Shown here in pieces: positions 39,496 through 49,635 of a stretch of 64,000 bases of DNA. Positions within the stretch are counted from its first letter, which is position 1, and each line of letters starts with the position of its first letter. Below the pieces are notes generated by a model. It was not told where the DNA came from and made no database searches. It was given only the letters and a program-made list of their open reading frames with translations. The stretch covers positions 1,207,985 through 1,271,984 of the forward strand of contig CBDETR010000004.1 of the NCBI GenBank assembly GCA_965243045.1, given 5' to 3'. The translations under genes were made by a program, and so were the position numbers. The DNA is from Alphaproteobacteria bacterium. Lineage in GTDB: Bacteria; Pseudomonadota; Alphaproteobacteria; JABAAW01; JAHZMA01.

Positions 39496-40128
39496 TCAAT
39501 ATTGCCTTAATAGGGCATGAAGCTTGCCTTGAATTTCCACATTATCAGGACCATAATGCTGGTCAGCATAACGCGGATTTGCCGCACGCAGGGTGATTTG
39601 ATTACTTTCAGGATGAAAATATTTTAATGTCGCTTCTTCTTGATTCACAAGAGCAACCACAATATCACCTTTATCCGCATAGGTAACGCGCTTGATAATC
39701 ACGGTATCACCATCCATAATGCCAGCATAAATCATTGAATCGCCTGAAACTTCTAGCGCGTAATAATTGCCACGGCTGATAAAATTTTGTGGCACATCAA
39801 TATAATTACTTTCATCAGCAATTGCCTCAATCGGAGTGCCAGCGGCAATTCTACCCATTAACGGCACTTCTACTTGTGTACCTTTTTCTTGGGTGCGTGC
39901 AAAATTACCCGGTTGCAAATTGGTGCGGATAACTTCGATAGCGCGCGCGCGATTTTTAAGTCTTTTCACAAAACCACGCTCTTCCAATGAATTGAGTAAT
40001 TGGTGAATACCAGACTTTGATTTAAGAGAGAGTGCCACACTCATTTCATCAAATGAAGGTGAGATGCCATTGGCATTTTGATATTCCTCTAAATAAACGA
40101 GCAATTTTCGTTGTTTTTCAGTAAGCAT
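39496..40128 (-). CDS. lexA: LexA repressor
   Basis: N-terminal winged-helix region (LTEKQRKLLVYLEEY...GISPSFDEM) and C-terminal S24 peptidase region with catalytic Ser/Lys (GDSMIYAGIMDGDTVIIKR). Start taken at the MLTEKQ ATG, 40128. Confidence 0.9.
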   Translation of the reverse strand: MLTEKQRKLLVYLEEYQNANGISPSFDEMSVALSLKSKSGIHQLLNSLEERGFVKRLKNRARAIEVIRTNLQPGNFARTQEKGTQVEVPLMGRIAAGTPIEAIADESNYIDVPQNFISRGNYYALEVSGDSMIYAGIMDGDTVIIKRVTYADKGDIVVALVNQEEATLKYFHPESNQITLRAANPRYADQHYGPDNVEIQGKLHALLRQY

Positions 40129-40402
40129 TTGAATGTTCCTTTTTATAAAACAGATGATGGCACTGTTTTTGCACATTATCTATTACAATATAATATGTTG
40201 GTATTTTACAGATGTCACAAGAACAAATATAAGATATCATCATGTACCGTTCTAGTAATGTCCAGCAAGTTTGTCAAGACTTTTTTAATATTTTTTGATA
40301 AAACTTAATAAAGGGTTTTCTTGCTCTTTTTACAATATTACTGTATAATGGTGTAATTTTCTGGCTGTGGTTTTTGCAGTGTATTTAGGGGAATAAATAG
40401 AA

Positions 40403-42268
40403 ATGTATTTAGGGATGTATTTACGTAAAATAGCGACATATTCTGTGTTGTTGCTTTACCCGTTGGTGAGTTTTGCAGAAAGCCCATTTGAGATTACACA
40501 ACAACGTTTTTCTGATGAAGCAAATGATTCACGTCGCTTTTCACCTGCACCATTAACAAGTTTGGTTCATCATAATGACGCGCCAGAAATCCTTTCTGAG
40601 GCGGATAAGCAACTTTATCGCGATATTTTTATCTTGCAAGAACAAGGCAAAATGAAATCTGCCAATGTCAAAATTAAACAGGTAAAGAATAAATTATTGA
40701 TGGGGCACGTTACCTATCAACGCTATATGCACCCTACGGCTTACCGCAGTTCCTATGCAGAATTGAAAAAATGGTTGCGCCATTATGCCGACCATCCCGG
40801 TGCGCGTAATATCTATAAAATGGGAAGTAGGCGCGGAGTTAAACGCAATTTGGTGCGTCCTCAATCACCTAAAGTTCCAGAATCTTTGTTAAAAGAAAAT
40901 ACGCTAGATAATCGTTTTGTGGTATCAACACCCGCTAAAAAGAAAGCACGTTGGCGCACAACTGAATATCGTGTTTATCGTTCGGTGTACCATCATATCA
41001 GGCGCGAACGTCCGTCTCATGCGTTGAAATTGGTGAAACAAAATCGTAAAAAAATGAGTGGGCGCGCACAAGCGTTAAGCCTGAATCAAATTAGCAAAGG
41101 CTATTTCTTATATGGTGGTTTGGATAAGCATGTCATCAAAACTGCTGAAATGGGAATTGCTGTGGATAAAAACAACGATGCACCAGAATTGCATTGGTGG
41201 CTAGGGCTTGCAGAATGGCGCGAAGGCAATTACTTAAAAGCCGCGCATCATTTCAAACTATTGGCAACCCTTGATAAGAATGTTTCAGATGATGTTGCTT
41301 CAAGTGCTGCATTTTGGGCATCACGTGCTTATACCCGAAAAGGGTTCATGGATGAAAGCCTAGAAATGCTAGAACATGCATCAGGTTATGGCTTTAATTT
41401 TTATGGTCAACTTGCTTCGGAAGTTTTGGGTTATGAAATTGATTATCATTGGAATAAGGGCGTTAACCAAACGCATACACAAGAAGAATATGACCATTTC
41501 TTTGGTTATAAATCAGCACAGCGCGCTTTGGCACTTTATCAATTAGGTGATGTTGGGCGTTCTAGTCAGGAATTCCGCGCGATTGTTCGACAATTACCCA
41601 GCAATATTGCCGTGCATTATATCAAATATATGGATGATAGTGATTTAGCATCCGTGGCTTTTGCTGTGGGTAGAAAATTGCATAAGCAAGGGGTGCGTGT
41701 GAATTCAGCACTTTACCCTGTGCCACAATGGCAACCTCAAGATGGGTTTAAGTTAGACCCTGCACTGATTTTTGGATTTATTCGGCAAGAAAGCACCTTT
41801 AAGCCTAATGCTTTAAGCGTAGATGGTGCAAGCGGTTTGATGCAATTAATGCCTGCAACGGCACGTTTTATCTCGCGTAAGAAATTGCGCCAGAGTAAAT
41901 TATTTGAACCTGAATATAATATGTTATTAGGGCAACGCTATATTCAAAGCCTTATGAAAGAACGCTATATCAAACGTAATCTTTTATTTACGACGGTTGC
42001 TTATAATGGCGGACCGGGAAATTTATTGAAATGGCGTAAGAAAATGGATTATCGTGATGACCCGCTTTTATTTATGGAAACCATTCCATCGTATGAAAGC
42101 CGTCATTTTGCCAGTGCGGTGATGTTGAATTATTGGATTTATGGCGACCGTTTGGGCAGGGATAACGAGACGCGTCAGCAAATGGCGCAGGGCAATTGGC
42201 CTATTTATAAGAGTTTTGATACCTCGCAAATACGTGAATCCTACGCATTTAAACAAGATGCCTATTGA
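40403..42268 (+). CDS. soluble lytic murein transglycosylase (Slt family)
   Basis: 621 aa with a signal peptide, a superhelical N-terminal region, and a C-terminal SLT domain containing the ES..GLMQLMPATA motif. Confidence 0.85.
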   Translation: MYLGMYLRKIATYSVLLLYPLVSFAESPFEITQQRFSDEANDSRRFSPAPLTSLVHHNDAPEILSEADKQLYRDIFILQEQGKMKSANVKIKQVKNKLLMGHVTYQRYMHPTAYRSSYAELKKWLRHYADHPGARNIYKMGSRRGVKRNLVRPQSPKVPESLLKENTLDNRFVVSTPAKKKARWRTTEYRVYRSVYHHIRRERPSHALKLVKQNRKKMSGRAQALSLNQISKGYFLYGGLDKHVIKTAEMGIAVDKNNDAPELHWWLGLAEWREGNYLKAAHHFKLLATLDKNVSDDVASSAAFWASRAYTRKGFMDESLEMLEHASGYGFNFYGQLASEVLGYEIDYHWNKGVNQTHTQEEYDHFFGYKSAQRALALYQLGDVGRSSQEFRAIVRQLPSNIAVHYIKYMDDSDLASVAFAVGRKLHKQGVRVNSALYPVPQWQPQDGFKLDPALIFGFIRQESTFKPNALSVDGASGLMQLMPATARFISRKKLRQSKLFEPEYNMLLGQRYIQSLMKERYIKRNLLFTTVAYNGGPGNLLKWRKKMDYRDDPLLFMETIPSYESRHFASAVMLNYWIYGDRLGRDNETRQQMAQGNWPIYKSFDTSQIRESYAFKQDAY

Positions 42269-42776
42269 CATTAAACGCGATTTTTTTCCCTTAAACATTG
42301 CACTTCTAACCCTTTCGGATAGCAGAACGCAGGCAGAAGATAAATCAGGTGATTTGCTAGCGCAACGCATCAGTGAAACAGGGCATCATTTGGTGATGCG
42401 AACGCTGATACAAGAAAATTTTGCAGAAATTTGTCAAAAATTACAAGATTGGATTGCGGATGATGGCGTTGATATTATCATCACCACAGGCGGCACGGGC
42501 ATTACAGCGCGCGACTTAACCCCCGATGCGGTGTTGGCAGTCATGGATAAGGAAATTCCCGGTTTTGGTGAATTATTTAGAATGCTCAGCTATCAGAAAA
42601 TTGGCACATCTACCATTCAATCACGCGCTATTGGTGCGGTTGCGGGTAGAAGTTTGATTTTTGCCTTGCCCGGCTCAAAAGGTGCGTGCCAAGATGCATG
42701 GGATGATATTTTGCAATATCAGCTTGATATTCGGCACCGCCCTTGCAATTTTGCAGAATTATTGCCCCGGTTATAA
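42258..42776 (+). CDS. moaB: molybdenum cofactor biosynthesis protein B (MoaB/MogA fold)
   Basis: The stretch IALLTLSDSRT...DIIITTGGTGITARDLTPDA is typical of MoaB/MogA. Start taken at ATG 42258, overlapping the transglycosylase by 11 bp. Confidence 0.8.
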   Translation: MPIDIKRDFFPLNIALLTLSDSRTQAEDKSGDLLAQRISETGHHLVMRTLIQENFAEICQKLQDWIADDGVDIIITTGGTGITARDLTPDAVLAVMDKEIPGFGELFRMLSYQKIGTSTIQSRAIGAVAGRSLIFALPGSKGACQDAWDDILQYQLDIRHRPCNFAELLPRL

Positions 42777-42908
42777 TCATCTCGCCTCTCAATTTTATTT
42801 CCGTGCATTTGTCGTGCCCCTTGTCATTATCAAGTGATAATGCTACTATGCAAGGCAGGTATTTAATTGCCTCTCATGTTGATGTTGTTCCTTAAATAAA
42901 GGTTTGTT

Positions 42909-43715
42909 ATGAAATTTGTTTTCTCTTTGATAAAAATGATGCTGGTCATTATGTTGCTTGTACCATTTGCTGTACATGCACAAAAAACTGATACGGTTTT
43001 GGCAGAAGTTGGTCGTGAAAAAATTACAGAAGCTGATGTGATTTTTCGTTACCAAACATTGCCCGCGCAAGTGAAGCAAAAAAATAAATTTGCGGATGTG
43101 CGTAAACAGTTGCTTGAGCAGTTGGTGCTTGAAAGATTATTTGCGATTGAAGCACGGTCATTGGGCATTGATAAAGAAAAACAAGTGCAAGAAGCTGTGA
43201 AGCGTACCGAAAATACGATTTTACATCAGGCATTTATTCAAAGCTTTGCCATCAAAAATGTAACTGATGCAGATATTCAGCGCGAATATGATGCTTATGC
43301 CGCCAATTATTCACAAGGCGCAGAATATCGTGCGCGCCATATTTTGGTGAAGACCGAGGCAGAAGGCAATGATTTGGTCAGTAAATTAGATAAGGGCAAT
43401 GATTTTACAGAATTGGCAAAAACTTATTCTACAGGGCCTTCGGCACCACGTGGCGGTGATTTAGGCTATTTCCGTGAAGGGCAAATGGTAAAGCCGTTTG
43501 AAAATGCTGTTAAATTATTGGATACAGGCAAATATACCAAAAAACCTGTGCAAACTAATTTCGGTTGGCATGTGATTAAGCTAGAAGATAAAAGGCAGGC
43601 TGATGTGCCACCATTAGAAGAGCTTAAAGGCAAATTACGTCAAGCAGTTGCAGATGCAAAATTGCAAAAACATTTGACTGAATTACGAAGTAAATATAAA
43701 GTAAAAATCAAATAA
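42909..43715 (+). CDS. periplasmic parvulin-type peptidyl-prolyl cis-trans isomerase (SurA/PpiD-like)
   Basis: Signal peptide, then a PpiC/parvulin domain (ARHILVKTEAEGNDLVSKLDKGNDFTELAKTYSTGPSAPRGGDLGYF...GWHVIKLED). Confidence 0.8.
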   Translation: MKFVFSLIKMMLVIMLLVPFAVHAQKTDTVLAEVGREKITEADVIFRYQTLPAQVKQKNKFADVRKQLLEQLVLERLFAIEARSLGIDKEKQVQEAVKRTENTILHQAFIQSFAIKNVTDADIQREYDAYAANYSQGAEYRARHILVKTEAEGNDLVSKLDKGNDFTELAKTYSTGPSAPRGGDLGYFREGQMVKPFENAVKLLDTGKYTKKPVQTNFGWHVIKLEDKRQADVPPLEELKGKLRQAVADAKLQKHLTELRSKYKVKIK

Positions 43716-43723
43716 CATAGAGG

Positions 43724-44560
43724 TTGAATGGTATGAAGGATTTAATGAAGGGCAAAAAAGGTTTAATCATGGGCGTTGCCAATGATAAATCCATTGCGTA
43801 TGGCATTGCAAAAGCAGCATCGGATGCGGGGGCAGAATTAGCCTTTAGTTATCAGGGTGAAGTGTTGGAAAAACGTGTGCGCCCTTTGGCAGAGCAATTA
43901 GGTGTAAAACATATGATACCGTGCGATGTTGGTGAAGATTCATCTATTGAATCAGCTTTTGAGCTATTGAAAAAAGAATGGGGCAGTTTGGATTTTGTTG
44001 TTCATGCGATTGCCTTTGCTGATAAAGATGAATTGCGCGGTGCTTATTATGATACTTCGCGTGATAATTTCAAATTGAGTCTGGATATTTCCTGCTATTC
44101 CTTTACAGCGGTGGCGCGTTATGCCCGTTCGTTAATGGTTGAAAATGGTGGTTCACTTTTAACACTCACTTATTTTGGCGCAGAAAAAGTTATCCCACAT
44201 TATAATGTGATGGGTGTTGCAAAAGCAGCCTTAGAAGCATCGGTGCGTTATTTAGCATCTGATTTGGGACCCGATAAAATCAGGGTGAATGCAATTTCCG
44301 CAGGACCTATCCGCACATTAGCGGCATCAGGCATTGGTGATTTTCGCAATATGTTGCGTTGGAATGCATTAAATGCGCCCATGCGTGAGAATGTAACGAC
44401 TGATGAGGTTGGTTTGGCATCTTTAGGTTTGATTTCCGATTTAGGTGCTGGGATTACTGGTGAAATTCAACATGTTGATAAGGGCTATAATATCAATGGT
44501 ATGATGGCGTTGGATGATATTGATGCGGCAATTGATGTGTTACAGGCGATGAAGAAATAA
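43724..44560 (+). CDS. fabI: enoyl-[acyl-carrier-protein] reductase (NADH) FabI
   Basis: SDR fold with FabI motifs (GLIMGVANDKSIAYGIAKA, catalytic Tyr/Lys in YNVMGVAKAALE). Confidence 0.9.
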   Translation: MNGMKDLMKGKKGLIMGVANDKSIAYGIAKAASDAGAELAFSYQGEVLEKRVRPLAEQLGVKHMIPCDVGEDSSIESAFELLKKEWGSLDFVVHAIAFADKDELRGAYYDTSRDNFKLSLDISCYSFTAVARYARSLMVENGGSLLTLTYFGAEKVIPHYNVMGVAKAALEASVRYLASDLGPDKIRVNAISAGPIRTLAASGIGDFRNMLRWNALNAPMRENVTTDEVGLASLGLISDLGAGITGEIQHVDKGYNINGMMALDDIDAAIDVLQAMKK

Positions 44561-44573
44561 TCGTTGACGATGA

Positions 44574-45677
44574 ATGAGCTTTAATTCTTTTGGGCATTTA
44601 TTAAGATTCACCAGTTTTGGTGAAAGCCATGGCGAGGCGATTGGCGGCGTGCTTGATGGCGTGCCACCCAATATCGAATTATCAGCAGAAGATATACAGC
44701 CCTTTTTAGATGCAAGACGTCCGGGGCAATCGCGCTTTACCACGCAACGGCAAGAACCAGATAAAATCAAAATTCTTTCAGGCATTTATCAGGGCAAAAC
44801 GCAAGGCACCCCGATTGGTTTTGTGATTGAAAATCAAGACCAAAGAAGCAAGGATTACAGCGATATAGAAAAAGCATATCGCCCCGGACACGCTGATTAC
44901 ACCTATGATGCAAAGTACGGCACACGCGACCCACGCGGAGGCGGGCGGTCATCGGCACGTGAAACAGCCATGCGTGTGGCGGCAGGTGCGATTGCCCGCA
45001 AGATTTTACAGAATGTCCCCAACCATCAACCCATTGAAATTACTGGCGGTATGATTGCGATGGGTGCAAAAAGAATATCAGGTGGTTATGATTGGCAAGC
45101 GGTGGCGGATAATCCGTTATTTATGCCAACAAAAGATGAAGCCATTATTAATGAGTGGCAGGATTATTTAGATGATATTCGTAAAAAAGGTGATTCTGTA
45201 GGGGCGTTAGTAGAAATACGCGCGCGCTATGTGCCAAAAGGCTGGGGTGCACCAATCTATGGCAAGTTAGATGCCGATTTAGCCTCCGCGATGATGAGCA
45301 TCAATGCGGTGAAAGCGGTGGAAATAGGCGATGGGTTATCGGTTGCATCACTGCAAGGTTCAGAAAATGCCGATGAAATGCGAATGACAGATGATGGCAA
45401 AGCTGAATTTTTAAGCAATCATGCAGGGGGTATTTTAGGAGGCATTAGCAATGGCAATGAAATTATCGTTCGTTTCGCCATTAAGCCAACAAGCTCGATT
45501 TTAATTCCGAAAAGAACCATCGATAAGGATGGGCAGGATAGAGAAATTTTAACCAAAGGTAGGCACGACCCTTGTGTTGGTATCCGCGCTGTGCCTGTGG
45601 GTGAAGCCATGATGGCATTGGTGCTGGCAGACCATTATTTGCGCCATTACGGGCAATGCCATGCCAATGAATTGTAG
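44574..45677 (+). CDS. aroC: chorismate synthase
   Basis: 367 aa containing the three chorismate synthase signature regions ([23 protein letters not shown]). Confidence 0.95.
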   Translation: MSFNSFGHLLRFTSFGESHGEAIGGVLDGVPPNIELSAEDIQPFLDARRPGQSRFTTQRQEPDKIKILSGIYQGKTQGTPIGFVIENQDQRSKDYSDIEKAYRPGHADYTYDAKYGTRDPRGGGRSSARETAMRVAAGAIARKILQNVPNHQPIEITGGMIAMGAKRISGGYDWQAVADNPLFMPTKDEAIINEWQDYLDDIRKKGDSVGALVEIRARYVPKGWGAPIYGKLDADLASAMMSINAVKAVEIGDGLSVASLQGSENADEMRMTDDGKAEFLSNHAGGILGGISNGNEIIVRFAIKPTSSILIPKRTIDKDGQDREILTKGRHDPCVGIRAVPVGEAMMALVLADHYLRHYGQCHANEL

Positions 45678-45698
45678 AATTAATAACGGTGTATTAAT

Positions 45699-47615
45699 AT
45701 GAAAAAAAATCCTTTTAAGAACGTACTGAATTATTTTCAGATTAAAAATATACTGAATTATGTTCAGAAACGCATCAAAGCCATCAAGGCTTTGGCTTTG
45801 CAGGTGAAAAAATCACCACGCATTTTGCTTGTATGGTTGAAGAACGCAGTTAAAAATGCGTTGCAATTTTTGCTCAAACTGCCTGCACGTATCCTTCGAT
45901 ATTTGGCGAAAAGCGCGCTTTTTTTTATACGATGGTTGATTTTAACAATCATGTCATGGGTGATTGGTGTTGCGGTGGTGATTGCAGGAATTAGCTGGTT
46001 TGTAGAAAATAAGTTTTCTGCGGTGGATAAAAGCTTCTTCCAAATTGAGCAAGTGGCAAAAAATACATGCGATATGGGTCGTCACAATATTCTACGCATT
46101 GATAGTTTTTCATTAGCACCGTTGCTGGCAAAAAAAGAAATCATACCACTGAATTTTGATAATAGAGCACCCCCGATTGATTGGTTGGATTTGCAAAGAA
46201 AATTGCAAGCGGCAAGTGAAGATAAGCGCATCAATGCCGTGTTGATTGATTATAACGGCTTGCAATCAGGGCGCACTGGTGTTGCCCAGTTGCGTTTGAT
46301 GTTGCAGGATTATCAGCAAAAATCTGGTAAGCCGGTTTATATTTTTGCACAATCATTAGGCACATATCATGGTGTGGCTGATTATGGCTTGCATGATATT
46401 GCCGATAAAATTTACCTTGCACCATCGGGCTATAGCAGTTTAAGGCATTTGGGTGGCGAGCAATTTTACTTAAAAAGATTGTTTGATGAATTGAAAATTA
46501 AGCCAGAATTTATCCGCCGTCATCAATATAAATCTGCGCCTTCGCGCTATACCGAAACAGCACCATCGCAAGCGGAATTGGATAATGGGCTTACATTATT
46601 GGGCGATATTGAAAAAATTTATCGTGATATGTTGCAACCAAGAATTGACAGTGATGAAACGGGTATTTTTTCAGCATCGGAAAGTTTGGCGAAGAATCTG
46701 GTTGATGGCATTGTCTATCGCGATGATTTATTAAATACATTGCAAAGCAATAGTGTGATTCATCGGAATGCAGAATGGTTGTCTTTAGATTGTTATAAAT
46801 CTTATGATGGTCATTTATTCCCACATCAAAATGTGCAAATCATTAATATGAATGGGGTGATTGCGCCTGAGGTTTCGGGGCAAAGGTCGCGCGGGGTTGA
46901 TATTTTAACACAAATTCAACGTGCCGAAGATGATGATGATATTGCGGGATTGTTGGTTTATGTTGATTCGCCCGGTGGCGATTATGCGATGTCGGAACGG
47001 ATTTGGCACGCGCTTTACGCATCAGAAAAGCCAGTTGCGGTGCTGATGGGCAATGTGGCGGCATCAGGCGGGTATTTTATTGCGGCAGGGGCTGATAAGA
47101 TATTTTCTTACCCGCATAGCATCACAGGCTCGATTGGTATTTTTTCAGGGCATTTTGCCATGCGTGGTTTTATCACAGATATTCTGAATATTGACCCTTA
47201 TTTCATCAGTACAGATGATTCTAATTTTAGTGCGTTTCTTGATGAATATCCGCCTGAATATCGCGCGCAGATGAATAAATTTATCGATGCTTTATATGAT
47301 GATTTTACAGATAAGGTGGGTTTATCGCGTGATATTGAATATATGGATGAATTGGCACGCGGCAGAGTATTTTCTGGCAATGCGGCTTTGCAAAATGGCT
47401 TGATTGATGGCGTTGGTGGTTTGAATGATGCGATTGCCTTTTTTGAAGAAACATTAGAAGATAGAGTGGTTTTAATCCCTGAAAGAGAAAATCTTGGTAT
47501 TCCTGATATGCTAGGCATGTTTTTAGGGCGTGTTATCACCCCAAAAATCACAGATTTGCTGTACCGTATGGGGATATGGCAAAATGGCGTTAGAATGCAA
47601 TCAGATTATCAATAG
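45699..47615 (+). CDS. sppA: signal peptide peptidase SppA (67K type, protease IV)
   Basis: 638 aa with an N-terminal TM segment and two ClpP/crotonase-like S49 domains. The catalytic Ser lies in the VAASGGYFIAAGA context. Confidence 0.8.
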   Translation: MKKNPFKNVLNYFQIKNILNYVQKRIKAIKALALQVKKSPRILLVWLKNAVKNALQFLLKLPARILRYLAKSALFFIRWLILTIMSWVIGVAVVIAGISWFVENKFSAVDKSFFQIEQVAKNTCDMGRHNILRIDSFSLAPLLAKKEIIPLNFDNRAPPIDWLDLQRKLQAASEDKRINAVLIDYNGLQSGRTGVAQLRLMLQDYQQKSGKPVYIFAQSLGTYHGVADYGLHDIADKIYLAPSGYSSLRHLGGEQFYLKRLFDELKIKPEFIRRHQYKSAPSRYTETAPSQAELDNGLTLLGDIEKIYRDMLQPRIDSDETGIFSASESLAKNLVDGIVYRDDLLNTLQSNSVIHRNAEWLSLDCYKSYDGHLFPHQNVQIINMNGVIAPEVSGQRSRGVDILTQIQRAEDDDDIAGLLVYVDSPGGDYAMSERIWHALYASEKPVAVLMGNVAASGGYFIAAGADKIFSYPHSITGSIGIFSGHFAMRGFITDILNIDPYFISTDDSNFSAFLDEYPPEYRAQMNKFIDALYDDFTDKVGLSRDIEYMDELARGRVFSGNAALQNGLIDGVGGLNDAIAFFEETLEDRVVLIPERENLGIPDMLGMFLGRVITPKITDLLYRMGIWQNGVRMQSDYQ

Positions 47616-47682
47616 TCTTGCTTATTATCAATTTTAAGGTTACAATAAAGGCTAAGTTATTGTTAGATTATAGGAGCTAAAA

Positions 47683-48129
47683 ATGAAATTTTTCAGCATA
47701 TTGTTTTTATTGATGGCTATGTTGATAGCACCTTTGGCACATGCCTTAGACCCTATCTATAAAAGTGGTTCTAGCCAAGGCGCAGGTGGTTACGATGTCG
47801 TCAGCTATTTCACACAAGATGCCGCAGTGCAAGGCAATGCAGACTATAAAGTAGAATGGCAGGGCGCACAATGGTTGTTCTCATCAGCAGGCAATCGCGA
47901 TAAATTCAAGGCAAATCCCGCAAAATATGCCCCACAATATGGTGGTTATTGCGCTTGGGCTGTTTCGCAAAATTACACAGCACGGGGAAGCCCCCGCCAT
48001 TGGAGTGTTGTTGATGGGAAATTATATCTCAATTATAATGGTGCCGTTAAGTTAAACTGGCAACGCAATGCACGTAACAACATTGTAAGAGGAAATCAAA
48101 ATTGGCCTGGATTGTTGGGTAACGGTTAA
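47683..48129 (+). CDS. periplasmic YHS-domain protein (paralogue 1)
   Basis: Signal peptide plus the motif GGYDVVSYF...W.GAQWLFSSAGNRDKFKANPAKYAPQYGGYCAWAV, typical of secreted YHS-domain proteins. Confidence 0.7.
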   Translation: MKFFSILFLLMAMLIAPLAHALDPIYKSGSSQGAGGYDVVSYFTQDAAVQGNADYKVEWQGAQWLFSSAGNRDKFKANPAKYAPQYGGYCAWAVSQNYTARGSPRHWSVVDGKLYLNYNGAVKLNWQRNARNNIVRGNQNWPGLLGNG

Positions 48130-48158
48130 TCAAAAATATTATCAGAGGATACACGAAA

Positions 48159-48632
48159 ATGCAGAAAAAATTTCAACAAATGAATCGCATAGGGTTTTAT
48201 ATTAGCTTTATGGTGATTGCAATGATGGTGAGTAACATGGCACAAGCAGAGTTAGCCCCTATTTATACTTCAGGCAAAAATAATTATGGCGCAGGTGGTT
48301 ATGATGTTACCAGCTATTTTACGCAGAGCAAAGCTGTTAAAGGCAAGGCTGATTATCAAGCGGAATGGCAGGGCGCGCAATGGTTATTCTCATCAGCAGA
48401 AAACCGTGATAAATTTAATGCCAATCCTGAAAAATATGCGCCACAATATGGCGGTTATTGTGCTTGGGCAGTTTCAAATGATTCTACTGCCAAAGGCAGC
48501 CCTACACAATGGACTGTTGTTGATGATAAATTATATCTCAATTATAATGCTGTTATCAAAGGCGTTTGGGGGCGTAAAAAAGAGCAGAATATTGCGAAGG
48601 CTGATGCAAATTGGCCAAATGTATTAAATTAA
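48159..48632 (+). CDS. periplasmic YHS-domain protein (paralogue 2)
   Basis: Same architecture as the upstream gene, roughly 70% identical over the mature region. Confidence 0.7.
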   Translation: MQKKFQQMNRIGFYISFMVIAMMVSNMAQAELAPIYTSGKNNYGAGGYDVTSYFTQSKAVKGKADYQAEWQGAQWLFSSAENRDKFNANPEKYAPQYGGYCAWAVSNDSTAKGSPTQWTVVDDKLYLNYNAVIKGVWGRKKEQNIAKADANWPNVLN

Positions 48633-48650
48633 GCTATTCGGAGGCAAACC

Positions 48651-49565
48651 ATGTCAGCAAATCATTTGCTGATTATTGCAGGGCCGACTGCAAGTGGTAA
48701 AAGCCGTTTAGCCTTTGAATTGGCAAAAAAATATCCGTTGACCATTATCAATGGCGATGCGATGCAACTTTACGATGCTTTACCAATTTTAACGGCACAG
48801 CCAACTTCAGAAGAGCAAAAGCAGATACGGCATCTGCTTTATGGAATTGCAAAAACTCAAGAAACTTGGACGGTTGCAGATTGGTTAGAAATTCTGCAAC
48901 AGGCGATTATTGAGATTAGCCAAGAAAATCTTTTGCCCGTGATTGTTGGGGGAAGCAACATGTATCTTGATAGGTTGCTTAATGGCTTGGTTGATATTCC
49001 CGATATTCCTGATAGGCTGAAACAACAAGCCGAAGCGATGATAGCACAATCGGGGCATCAGGTGCTTTATGATTTATTGGCAGATGAGGATAGGCAAAGA
49101 TTGCATGTGAATGATACGCACCGTATTATTAGAAGCTATTGTGTGTATCAAGAAACGGGGCATTCGCTGGCATGGTTTCATCACAATCATCACAAGCCAA
49201 CAGAATTTTTGCAACATATGAATGTAAAAAAAATCGCGTTATTGCCTGATAGGCAAGTACTTTATCAAAGATGCAATCAGCGGTTGGAAACAATGATGGC
49301 GGAAGGCGTGCTTGCAGAAGTGGAAGCAATTTTAGATGAAGATGATGGATTGCCGATTTGCCAAGCCATTGGTGTGAAGCCGTTTAAATCTTATTTACGT
49401 GGCAATATCACTTATGATGAGGCGTTAGCCCTTGCCCAACAGCAAACACGCAATTATGCAAAACGACAATATAGCTGGCTAAATAATCATTATCATGCGG
49501 ATATTATGTTAGATAATGCTGATGAGCAGATGGTTGCAAAATGGTTTGAGACGAATTTATCATGA
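48651..49565 (+). CDS. miaA: tRNA dimethylallyltransferase MiaA
   Basis: 304 aa with the P-loop IIAGPTASGKS and the IPT family signature. Confidence 0.9.
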   Translation: MSANHLLIIAGPTASGKSRLAFELAKKYPLTIINGDAMQLYDALPILTAQPTSEEQKQIRHLLYGIAKTQETWTVADWLEILQQAIIEISQENLLPVIVGGSNMYLDRLLNGLVDIPDIPDRLKQQAEAMIAQSGHQVLYDLLADEDRQRLHVNDTHRIIRSYCVYQETGHSLAWFHHNHHKPTEFLQHMNVKKIALLPDRQVLYQRCNQRLETMMAEGVLAEVEAILDEDDGLPICQAIGVKPFKSYLRGNITYDEALALAQQQTRNYAKRQYSWLNNHYHADIMLDNADEQMVAKWFETNLS

Positions 49566-49635
49566 AAATGCTTGCTGAAAATACGTGTTTCATGCTAGAA
49601 TTATCGGGATTTTTTGAAAGAGGCATATAGGTGAA

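Noticed and set aside
49563-49601. A 12-codon upstream ORF (MKMLAENTCFML) before ilvB, as a possible attenuator leader peptide
   Set aside because: It has no run of Ile/Val/Leu codons and no obvious alternative terminator/antiterminator hairpins, and alphaproteobacteria generally lack ilv attenuation.
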